Shown here in pieces: positions 46,908 through 54,881 of a stretch of 64,000 nt of DNA. This DNA is from an uncultured Gemmatimonadaceae bacterium. GTDB lineage: Bacteria; Gemmatimonadota; Gemmatimonadetes; Gemmatimonadales; GWC2-71-9. The notes below the pieces were generated by a model. It was not told the DNA's origin, searched no databases, and saw nothing but the letters and a program-made list of their open reading frames with translations. Each line of letters starts with the position of its first letter. Within the stretch, counting starts at the first letter, position 1. The translations under genes and the position numbers were made by a program. The DNA is taken from positions 30,189 through 94,188 of the forward strand of contig CAYUYF010000003.1 of the NCBI GenBank assembly GCA_964449145.1, written 5' to 3'.

Positions 46908-48155
46908 CTACGGCGCGGCGCGACGGTCGGGCAAGGGAGCGGACTCGCCGGCCGGGGGCGCCGCCACCTGGCTGCCATGGTCACGCAGCAGCCAGAGGGT
47001 CGCGACGATACAGACCAGCGCCCCAGCGGCGAGCGCGGTGGGAACACCCAGATGCTCCGACACCCAGCCTGCCTGCAGCGAGCCCAGGGGTGCGACCCCG
47101 AGGATCATCAGCGAGTAGAACCCCATGACCCGCCCCCGGAGGTGATCGGGGGCGCCGGTCTGCAGCTGGCTGTTGGTGCTGATGTTGTTGAGGATCATGG
47201 CGCCGCCGGCCAGCGCCAGCGCGACCGCCGCCGGCACCCACGTCCGCACCAGGGCCGCGGCCGCCAGGGCCGCGGCGAAGAGGACGCCCGCTCGCCGGAT
47301 GACGCGGTGGCGCGGCAGCCGGTGTCCGATGGATGCCATGGTGAGCGCCCCGACACTCGCCCCCACACCGACGGCGGTCATCAGGCCGCCGTACCCGGTG
47401 GCGCCGGTGGCGAGCACGTCGCGGGCATAGACCGGCAGCATGCTGAAGGCCGAGAACCCGAAGATGCTGAACGTCGCCGTCAGGGTGAGCAGGGTGCGCG
47501 GCTCTCCCGCCCCGAGGGCGTAGCGGGCCCCTTCGAGAAAGGTCGCCGCAGGGTGACCCTGCCGGTCCCCGGCGCCGGCGCCGCGCATCAGCACCAGGGC
47601 GCCAATGGCGGCGAGGAAGCTGGCGGCGTTCAGGAAGAAGCAGACGGCGATCCCGGCCGCCGCGATCAGGCCTCCGGCGATGACCGGCCCGACGATGCGG
47701 GTCAGGTTGAAGTTGGAGGAGTTGAGCGCGATGGCGTTCATGAGATCCTCCCGGCCGACCATCTCCACCAGGAATGCCTGACGGATGGGCACCTCGAACG
47801 CGGCGGAGGTACCGTGCAGGGCCGCCAGGAGCATCACCCATTCGGTGGTGATGTGATGGGTCGCGGTCAGCAGCCCCAGGGCCAGCGCATCGCACAGCAT
47901 CAGGCTCTGCAGCACCAGCAGCGCCCGCCGCCGGTTGACCCGGTCGGCGAGCACGCCGCCCCACAGGGTAAAGAGCAGGATCGGCAGCGACCCGAGCGCG
48001 CTCACCAGGCCGACCATGAACGCGGAGTCGGTCAGCTCCAGCACCAGCCAGCCCTGGGCCACGATCTGCATCCAGGTGCCGACCAGCGACACAAACTGAC
48101 CGAGGAAGAAGAGCCGGAAGTTGCGATGCCGGAGGGCGGAGAATGGCGCGGGCAC
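46908..48155 (-). CDS. MFS transporter (EntS/MFS_3-like)
   Basis: About 12 predicted TM segments. The N-terminus FSALRHRNFRLFFLGQFVSLVGTWMQIVAQGWLVLELT is characteristic. GTG 48155 is taken as the start. The track start at 48269 would overlap the divergent VWA gene. The start is uncertain. Confidence 0.8.
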   Translation of the reverse strand: MPAPFSALRHRNFRLFFLGQFVSLVGTWMQIVAQGWLVLELTDSAFMVGLVSALGSLPILLFTLWGGVLADRVNRRRALLVLQSLMLCDALALGLLTATHHITTEWVMLLAALHGTSAAFEVPIRQAFLVEMVGREDLMNAIALNSSNFNLTRIVGPVIAGGLIAAAGIAVCFFLNAASFLAAIGALVLMRGAGAGDRQGHPAATFLEGARYALGAGEPRTLLTLTATFSIFGFSAFSMLPVYARDVLATGATGYGGLMTAVGVGASVGALTMASIGHRLPRHRVIRRAGVLFAAALAAAALVRTWVPAAVALALAGGAMILNNISTNSQLQTGAPDHLRGRVMGFYSLMILGVAPLGSLQAGWVSEHLGVPTALAAGALVCIVATLWLLRDHGSQVAAPPAGESAPLPDRRAAP

Positions 48156-48186
48156 GGTGGAAGAGTAACCGGAGCCCGGGGGAGAG

Positions 48187-48216
48187 TTGAACTCACCACC
48201 CCCTCGGGGGTATGCT
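48187..48216 (+). promoter_or_regulatory. candidate promoter for the VWA gene (TTGAAC-18 nt-TATGCT)
   Basis: TTGAAC at 48187-48192, an 18-nt spacer containing the inverted repeat ACCCCC-TC-GGGGGT, then TATGCT at 48211-48216. It lies 52 nt upstream of ATG 48268. Pattern match only. Confidence 0.4.
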
Positions 48217-48267
48217 GAGAGAGTCGCCCAGTCCACCGCACTGCCCGCCCCCCGTCCCCGGTTCCGC

Positions 48268-49545
48268 ATGCGCTACACCACCTACTCCAAGTTCGTCCCC
48301 GGCCTGGCGGAGGCGGTCAACCTCCAGGCCCTGCTGGACCAGCTGGGGGAGTTCCTGCTGCAGTCGGGCTTCAGCGGGGACAACTGGTGGGGGGACGAGT
48401 CGCCCGACCGCTCGCTCGAAGGGCTGCGGGAAGCCATCCTGAAGGCGCTGATGCAGTCCGGCCAGCTCACTCCCGAGATGATGCAACTGCTCCGGGGAGA
48501 ATCCACCGGCGATGCCGACAAGGACGCGCAGGTGGAGCAGCAGCTGGCCGACCTGCTGGACCAGATCATCCAGCGGCTGATGGAGGAGGGCTATCTCAAC
48601 CAGACCGAGGCGCCGCAGATGCCCTCGGGCTATAGCGCCCTGGAGCGACCGGAAGGCCAGGCCCGCTCCGCCGCCGGCCAGGTGCAGTTCGGGCTCACCG
48701 AGAAGGGAGCGGATTTCCTGGGCTTCAAGCTGCTCAAGCAGCTGCTGGGGAGCGTCGGCAAGGCCAACATCGGGGCGCACGACACGGTGCACCTGGCCAC
48801 CAGCACCGAGTCGGAGGCGGCGAGCAAGCCCTACGCGTACGGCGATACCCTGAACCTCGACGTGCCGGCCACATTGTCACGGGCCATTGCCCGCGAGGGC
48901 CTCAGGGTGCCGCTCAACCTCGAGTACGACGACTTGATGGTGCACCAGTCGGAGTACCGCTCCTCCGCGGCGACGGTACTGATGCTGGACTGCTCTCACT
49001 CGATGATCCTCTACGGCGAGGACCGCTTCACCCCCGCCAAGAAGGTGGCGCTGGCGCTGACCCACCTGATCCGGACCCAGTTTCCCGGGGACGCGATCCG
49101 CTGCGTGCTCTTCCACGACTCCGCCGAGGAGATTCCGCTGGCCGCGCTGCCCCAGGTCCAGGTCGGCCCGTACCACACCAACACCGCCGAGGGGCTCACC
49201 CTGGCCCGGCGGCTGCTCATGGCCCAGAAGAAGGACATGCGCCAGATCATCATGATCACCGACGGGAAGCCATCGGCGATGACGCTGCCCGACGGCCAGG
49301 TGTATGTCAACTCGATGGGGCTGGACCCGCGCATCCTCGACGCCACGTACCGCGAGGTGGCCAACTGCCGCCGCGCGGGGATCATGATCAACACCTTCAT
49401 GCTGGCGCGAGAACGGTCGCTGGTGGAGTTCGTGAAGCGGGTGTCGGCCATCTGCCGCGGCAAGGCGTACTTCACCAGCACCATGACGCTGGGCCAGTTC
49501 ATCCTGATGGACTTCATGAAGCGCCGCACCCGCCGAGTCTCGTAG
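48268..49545 (+). CDS. VWA-domain protein (CoxE/BchD-C-like partner of AAA+ ATPases)
   Basis: Internal ATG (MRYTTYSKF) of track ORF 48187..49545. The MIDAS motif DxSxS is in VLMLDCSHSM, and IIMITDGKPS is present. The N-terminal region is acidic and helical. Confidence 0.8.
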   Translation: MRYTTYSKFVPGLAEAVNLQALLDQLGEFLLQSGFSGDNWWGDESPDRSLEGLREAILKALMQSGQLTPEMMQLLRGESTGDADKDAQVEQQLADLLDQIIQRLMEEGYLNQTEAPQMPSGYSALERPEGQARSAAGQVQFGLTEKGADFLGFKLLKQLLGSVGKANIGAHDTVHLATSTESEAASKPYAYGDTLNLDVPATLSRAIAREGLRVPLNLEYDDLMVHQSEYRSSAATVLMLDCSHSMILYGEDRFTPAKKVALALTHLIRTQFPGDAIRCVLFHDSAEEIPLAALPQVQVGPYHTNTAEGLTLARRLLMAQKKDMRQIIMITDGKPSAMTLPDGQVYVNSMGLDPRILDATYREVANCRRAGIMINTFMLARERSLVEFVKRVSAICRGKAYFTSTMTLGQFILMDFMKRRTRRVS

Positions 49546-49551
49546 CGGCCG

Positions 49552-49590
49552 GGCAAAATAAACGGGGCCACGGCGCCTGCCGTGGCCCCG
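49552..49590 (-). terminator. intrinsic terminator for the M48 peptidase gene (possibly bidirectional)
   Basis: GGGGCCACGG-CGCCTG-CCGTGGCCCC forms a 10-bp stem at 49564-49589. On the minus strand it is followed by GTTTATTTTG. Confidence 0.7.
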
Positions 49591-49609
49591 CCTGCCAGCG
49601 CAGTCGGAG

Positions 49610-51061
49610 CTAGCGCACCAGTACCCGCTTGACCGATTCTCCCGCCGCGAGCGCCGCACTCCCGTCCGGCAGCCCGTTGATCAGCGCCAGCTCCTCCAGC
49701 GCGATGACCGAAGGATACTGCTGCTGGAACTCCGCCAGCGTCATCGCCCGCGGCACCCGGGTCACCGCAATACGATTCGGCTTCACCGCCAGCGCGGCCG
49801 GATCCGTCAGCCGACGGAAGCTGCCGATGAACGCGCGGAACACGGCGTCGTACCTGGCCGCCGCCTGGGTCGTCAGGCCGAGGAGCTGATAGGTAGTGCC
49901 GTTGTAGGCGATGAACCCTACCGTCCCATTCAGGGTACCGCCGTCCTGGGACTGCGCGGCAAACGGCGCCAGCGCGGCCTGGTTCCCGTGGATGGTGGCC
50001 TGTGAGGTGCGGCCGGCCTGGATGCCCTCCTGGGCCAGGAACTTCTGCAGGCTGGTGGCCGGAGCCTCGGTGCCGGCGAGCGAGAGCTGCACCTGGGCGT
50101 CCTGCTCCGGGCTCAGACCGGTCACCGAGGAGGTCTGGTTCACCGCTTTCCAGCCGCTGGGAAAGTCCAGCTCGAACGCGAGGTCGGGGTGCAGGAAGGT
50201 CGGCCCCTTGAAGAACCCCTGCCGGGGATTGTCGCCATACACCATGCCGTCAATGGTTTGCAGGAACTCGGCCCGGTTGACGCGCTTGTCGTCGAGCGGC
50301 ACCTGCACCCGGGCCAGCCGCTCCTGGGTCCTCTCGATGCGGTTGCCGGGATCGGGGTGGGTGGATTGCCACTCCGGGATCCGCTGGCCGGCCTTGGCAC
50401 CGACCCGCTGCAGTATCCGGAACATGTCCACCATCTTGCGCACGTCGTAGCCGTCGGAGAGCGCGTAGCGGAAGCCCAGCCCATCGGCCTGGGTCTCATC
50501 ATCCCGGCCGTACTTGAGTGACAGCACACCCACCGCTCCGCTGATCAGCCCGAGGTTCTGGGCCACCTTGTCCGAGGCGATCGCGCCCGCGAGCATTCCG
50601 ATCCCGAAGAGCTGCTGCCGGGTCATCTGCTGCACCGAGTGGCGGGCCGTGACGTGCCCGATCTCGTGGCCCACCACACTGGCCAGCTCCGCTTCCGAGT
50701 TCATGTACGTGAGGATGCCCCGGGTGATGAAGATGTATCCGCCCGGCAGGGCAAAGGCGTTCACCTGGGGATCATCCATCACGGTAAACGCCCAGGGAAG
50801 GCTGGGCCGCTCCGAGGCCCGGGCCAGGCGGAGACCGATCGTGCTCACATAGGACTGCACGCCCGGGTCGGCATAGACCCCCATCTCCTGGGCCACCTGC
50901 TTCGAGTAGTCCCGCCCCATCTGGATTTCCTGCGACTCGGACACGAACGCGAGCTCACGCCTCCCGGTCACCGGGTTGACGGCGCAGCTGCCGAGCATGG
51001 CGCCTAAGAGCAGTGCGGCTGTTGCCCTGCGTGAATGCGAGTGTCTGGTAGCGCCCTGCAT
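49610..51061 (-). CDS. M48-family zinc metallopeptidase, secreted or lipoprotein
   Basis: Signal peptide with LLGAMLGSCA, the zinc motif VVGHEIGHVTARH, and TQADGLG. GAGGAGG lies 6 nt upstream of the ATG. Confidence 0.88.
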   Translation of the reverse strand: MQGATRHSHSRRATAALLLGAMLGSCAVNPVTGRRELAFVSESQEIQMGRDYSKQVAQEMGVYADPGVQSYVSTIGLRLARASERPSLPWAFTVMDDPQVNAFALPGGYIFITRGILTYMNSEAELASVVGHEIGHVTARHSVQQMTRQQLFGIGMLAGAIASDKVAQNLGLISGAVGVLSLKYGRDDETQADGLGFRYALSDGYDVRKMVDMFRILQRVGAKAGQRIPEWQSTHPDPGNRIERTQERLARVQVPLDDKRVNRAEFLQTIDGMVYGDNPRQGFFKGPTFLHPDLAFELDFPSGWKAVNQTSSVTGLSPEQDAQVQLSLAGTEAPATSLQKFLAQEGIQAGRTSQATIHGNQAALAPFAAQSQDGGTLNGTVGFIAYNGTTYQLLGLTTQAAARYDAVFRAFIGSFRRLTDPAALAVKPNRIAVTRVPRAMTLAEFQQQYPSVIALEELALINGLPDGSAALAAGESVKRVLVR

Positions 51062-51312
51062 GCCTGCCTCCTCGACTGGGATTCATCTCGTGCCGGCGGG
51101 CGCCTCGGGGTCGCTCCCGCTGTACTCCGGCGACGCGCCGGCGTGACGCGCACCGCCCCCGCTACCGGGGCAACGGGGCGGCATCGCGAAAGGTAACACC
51201 CGACCGGCGGCTCCCTTTGGCTGGGTCACCGGGAGCCCTGCGACAGCCTGCCCGCCTCGGCCCTCTGGTCGATTCGCGCGGTATCGGAGCGGGTACCTCC
51301 GTCAACAACACA

Positions 51313-51342
51313 CGAACGGCCCGGCGGAGGCCGGGCCGTTCG
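51313..51342 (-). terminator. terminator hairpin after the S46 peptidase gene
   Basis: CGAACGGCCCGGC-GGAG-GCCGGGCCGTTCG forms a 13-bp stem. On the minus strand it is followed by TGTGTTGTTG. Confidence 0.65.
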
Positions 51343-51360
51343 AGGTGCGCCGTGCGGCCG

Positions 51361-53487
51361 TTACATCGCCGGCGGGGCGGTGCGCGTCGCCTCCAGCTCG
51401 TCGGCCAGGAGGTTGGCGTCGTACACCCGCCGGAGCGCCTGGGTGATGGCGCGCGAGTCGACCCACACCGACCGGGCCACCCGCTCCGTAAAGAGGAACC
51501 GGTTCGGCAGCATCTCCATGTTGCCGTCGAAGATCAGGCCCACGACCTCCGCGTTGCGGTTGATGACCGGACTGCCGGAGTTGCCGCCGATGATGTCGTT
51601 GGTCGAGACCGCGTTGAAGGGGGTATCCGCCATGAGCGAGTCCCGCCGCTCCTGAAAACGCGGCGGGAGGTCGAAGGGCGGCTGCCCGCCGAAGGCCGCA
51701 GCCCGCTCGTACAGCCCCCCGAAGGTGGTGTAAGGCGCAGCCATGGTGCCGTTCATGGGGTAGCGACGCACCTCGCCATCGGAGATCCGCAGCGAGAAGG
51801 TCGCGTCCGGCGCGACGCTGTTGCCGTAGACCGCGAGCAGCGCGCGGGCCACCTGCTCGTTGGCCTGGGCCTCCCGGTCGTTGAGGTCGGCGACTTCCGC
51901 GGTGAGCGCCCGCTCAAGGGGATCGAGCACCCGCGCCAGCCGGACCATCGGGTCCTGTGCGGCGGCGACCGCAGCCACCCCGCCGTCGGCGAGCGCCTTG
52001 CGGCCATCGCCGGTGCCCATCGCCGTGCCCTCCACCAGCGCCGCCGCGGCCGCCGCGGGGGTCCGTCCCCCCAGGGCCAGCCGCAACACCGGATCGGTGG
52101 CCGGCAGCTCCCGCTCCATGGCGGCCAGGAACGCGGTCAGCAGCGCCTGTTCCTGCGCCAGGTCCAGCGGCTGGCCGCCGAAGAGGGCCCGCTCCACGTT
52201 GGCCTTGTTCGCCTCCTGGTACGGGGCCAGGCGGGCGGTGTCGGGCTTGGCCAGTTCAGCCGGGTAGCGGGTCGCGGCCAAGGTCAGGCTCCACAGCCGC
52301 GAGCCGTAGGCATTGCTGGTGTGATAGCGCCGACGGACGTCGATCGCCTTGCGGCGCGCCTGCACGTCCGCGATCACCTGCCAGGCCCGGGCGTAGGACC
52401 GGCGCATGGCCGGATCGGCGTCCACCCGGCCGCGGAACTCCTTCTCCCAATCGCGCTTGCGGGCCATGAGCCGGGAATCGAGCAGCCCCGTCTGATAGCC
52501 GCCGATCGCCTTCTGGGTGTTCTCGAGGCCGAAGATCTGGTTGCGGAGCGCCTTGCCCCGGGCCTCATCTGCCTCGGCGAGCGCATGGTACGTCTGGATC
52601 ATCCGCTTGAGGGCGTCGAGCTGGGCGGGATACTGCACATCCCGCAGGTACTCCAGCTGTGCCACCGTGTTGAGCCGCCCGGTCGATCCCGGGTTGCCGA
52701 TGACGAACGTGAGATCGCCTTCCTTGCTGCCATTCTGGCTCCACACGAAGTGATGCGGCGTGGCCGCCGGCTTCCCGTCCACGTACGCCCGGAGGAACGA
52801 CATGTCGAGATCGTACCGTGGGTAGGTGAAGTTGTCGGGATCTCCGCCGAAGAAGGCGATCTGCCCCTCCGGGGCGAACACCAGCCGCACATCCTTGAAG
52901 CGGTGGAACCGGTACAGCTTGTACTGCCCGCCACGATACATGCTCACCACCTGACAGGCGGCGTCGGACTCCGTCTGGCCGCACTCTTCCTCAATCGCCT
53001 TGATCGCCTTGGCCCGCTGGGCCGCCGTGGCCTTGGCATCCGCCCCAGCCATGACCGAGCGGCCTACCCGGTCGGTCACGTCGCTGATCTGCTGCAGCTG
53101 GTCCAGGAACAGCCCCTGGCACGCCCGCTCGTCCTCACGCCGGGGGGCGTAGAAGCCGTTGGTCAGGAAGTCCTCGCCCTCCCGGGTGACAGACTCGATG
53201 CAGGCGCGGGCGCAGTGGTGGTTGGTCATGACCAGCCCCTCGCCGGAAACGAACGAAGACGAGCAGCCCCCGCCGTAGCGCACCGCGGAGAGGCGGACAT
53301 GGTCGAGCCAGCCGTTCGACGGCGTGAAACTGTAGCGCTTGGCCCAGTAGTCCATGGGCGGCACGTCGAAGGTCCACATCTTCCCGGTTTCGAGCCCGGG
53401 ATACTCGCCTTCCAGGACGCCCTGGGCCGGCATGACCCGGGGCACTGCCAGGAGGACGAGAAGCAAGACAACACGAAGCACGCGCAT
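51361..53487 (-). CDS. S46-family serine peptidase (dipeptidyl-peptidase 7/11-like)
   Basis: Internal ATG (MRVLRVVLLLVLLAVPRVMPAQG, signal peptide) of track ORF 51361..53559. The catalytic His region is MTNHHCA and the Ser region is IIGGNSGSPVI. Confidence 0.88.
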   Translation of the reverse strand: MRVLRVVLLLVLLAVPRVMPAQGVLEGEYPGLETGKMWTFDVPPMDYWAKRYSFTPSNGWLDHVRLSAVRYGGGCSSSFVSGEGLVMTNHHCARACIESVTREGEDFLTNGFYAPRREDERACQGLFLDQLQQISDVTDRVGRSVMAGADAKATAAQRAKAIKAIEEECGQTESDAACQVVSMYRGGQYKLYRFHRFKDVRLVFAPEGQIAFFGGDPDNFTYPRYDLDMSFLRAYVDGKPAATPHHFVWSQNGSKEGDLTFVIGNPGSTGRLNTVAQLEYLRDVQYPAQLDALKRMIQTYHALAEADEARGKALRNQIFGLENTQKAIGGYQTGLLDSRLMARKRDWEKEFRGRVDADPAMRRSYARAWQVIADVQARRKAIDVRRRYHTSNAYGSRLWSLTLAATRYPAELAKPDTARLAPYQEANKANVERALFGGQPLDLAQEQALLTAFLAAMERELPATDPVLRLALGGRTPAAAAAALVEGTAMGTGDGRKALADGGVAAVAAAQDPMVRLARVLDPLERALTAEVADLNDREAQANEQVARALLAVYGNSVAPDATFSLRISDGEVRRYPMNGTMAAPYTTFGGLYERAAAFGGQPPFDLPPRFQERRDSLMADTPFNAVSTNDIIGGNSGSPVINRNAEVVGLIFDGNMEMLPNRFLFTERVARSVWVDSRAITQALRRVYDANLLADELEATRTAPPAM

Positions 53488-53594
53488 GAGTGGTTTGTGG
53501 TTTGGGTGAGACAACGATCCTGCGAGTCGGCGGGAATATAGAGAGCTGGCCGGCCCCATCTATGAAATGCGCCTCATGCTGCCGGGACTCGATG

Positions 53595-53624
53595 CGGGCG
53601 GCAGGTGCTGTCACCTGCCGCCCG
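53595..53624 (-). terminator. GC-rich hairpin downstream of the 186-aa membrane protein gene (possible terminator, no U-tract)
   Basis: CGGGCGGCAGGTG-CTGT-CACCTGCCGCCCG forms a 13-bp stem, 33 nt after the stop at 53657. Confidence 0.4.
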
Positions 53625-53656
53625 GCACCACGCCTTGGGTCAGCCGCCGCCGAACG

Positions 53657-54217
53657 TCAGTTCGGCCACATCGAGCCAAACACCCCGCCGGTAACGAGGC
53701 CGTAGATCAGGCTGTCGGCGACCTCTTTCGTCACCACGCTCCACGGCTTGCCCATCCAGATGGCCGCGGGAAAGCACCCCAGCGCATAGGCGATGAACGT
53801 CACCGTCCCCGCCACCCGGAAGACCTGCAGGTACTCCGTGGACGGCTGCAGAGTCCGGGAGCAGAGGTAGGCGGTGAAGAAGGCCACCACCAGGTTGAAG
53901 ACGAACCAGAGACCTAGCGTGGGACCCATGTTGGGTGCCTTGTTGGCCATCACCGCCATGACCGCCACCGGCCCGTCGGTGTACTTCTTGAGGTGTTCCG
54001 GGTTGGCCATCTCCTTCATGTCGGTGCAATGCGGGATGATATACTGTCCGGGCGCAGGGCTACCCTTGCGGATGGCGGCGCGGACCTCGTCCTCGTTCGA
54101 CAGCTTGTGGTAGTCCGCGTTGTGCCACTTGAGGACCATGTGGACGAGACTGCTGGCGATGAACACCGCCACGGCCGCGAGCAGGATCGGAAGCCAGAGC
54201 TGGGCAAGCGAGACCAT
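53657..54217 (-). CDS. hypothetical integral membrane protein
   Basis: 186-aa ORF with AGGAG upstream and four predicted hydrophobic segments. I recognised no family motif. Confidence 0.65.
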   Translation of the reverse strand: MVSLAQLWLPILLAAVAVFIASSLVHMVLKWHNADYHKLSNEDEVRAAIRKGSPAPGQYIIPHCTDMKEMANPEHLKKYTDGPVAVMAVMANKAPNMGPTLGLWFVFNLVVAFFTAYLCSRTLQPSTEYLQVFRVAGTVTFIAYALGCFPAAIWMGKPWSVVTKEVADSLIYGLVTGGVFGSMWPN

Positions 54218-54283
54218 GTGGGCTCCTGGTAAAGGGAGACATCCGGGCCAACCTGTGCTAGCCTACGCCTCGTTCGGCCTACG

Positions 54284-54835
54284 TCAAGGCGCCGCCGCCT
54301 TGGGCGCCGCCCACATCTTTATGCACAGCCAGATTCCGGCCCCCAGGGCAGCCAGGAGCAGCAGAGTCCCGGTGCCCTTTACCACCGCCGCGATGCGGAG
54401 GTCGTTCGGCAGCAGGTGCAGCCGCCCCAGCAGCCAGGCCCAGTCGTGGCCGGCGCCGTCCCCGAAGCCGAGCAGATCCAGGTCAAAGGCCCGGGCATCG
54501 GCGATGTAGACCGAGAGGTCCATGAGGCTCGAGGCCAGCCAGATTGCCGCGACGGTGATCCCGAAATAGTCCCGGTGATGATAGAGCAGCGCCCCCGCCC
54601 CGATCGGCACCAGCAGCTGCATCAGGCTCCCGCCGGCGATCCCCAGGAACTCGCCCCCGAAGGCGAAGACCAGATGCCCGAACTCATGGGCCCCGAAGGT
54701 GATGCCGGCAAAAAGGCTGGAGTTGGTATGATCGCGCAGCTGGCCGAACACATCCCCCGCGAGCAGGACGAGCAGCGGCAGTCGCCACCACCACCAGCGG
54801 CCCTGGGCGTATTCGGTGATGGTGGGGGAGGGCAT
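54284..54835 (-). CDS. small polytopic membrane protein with an HExxH motif (putative M50B-like metallopeptidase)
   Basis: Internal ATG (MPSPTITEYAQGRWWWW) of track ORF 54284..54907. HEFGH (in ITFGAHEFGHLVFAF) sits at a TM boundary. There are four to five hydrophobic segments. The family assignment is tentative. Confidence 0.55.
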   Translation of the reverse strand: MPSPTITEYAQGRWWWWRLPLLVLLAGDVFGQLRDHTNSSLFAGITFGAHEFGHLVFAFGGEFLGIAGGSLMQLLVPIGAGALLYHHRDYFGITVAAIWLASSLMDLSVYIADARAFDLDLLGFGDGAGHDWAWLLGRLHLLPNDLRIAAVVKGTGTLLLLAALGAGIWLCIKMWAAPKAAAP

Positions 54836-54881
54836 GGGATGATCCGGGGTCGGCGATCCAGGAATCGCAGTCGCCCGAAGC

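Noticed and set aside
51062-51312. 250-nt leader region upstream of the M48 peptidase gene; checked as a possible riboswitch or attenuator.
   Set aside because: It is GC-rich with scattered short stems. I could not match any riboswitch core (TPP, cobalamin B12-box, glycine, ZTP, fluoride, guanidine, c-di-GMP, Mn) by eye, so nothing is reportable without a covariance-model scan.
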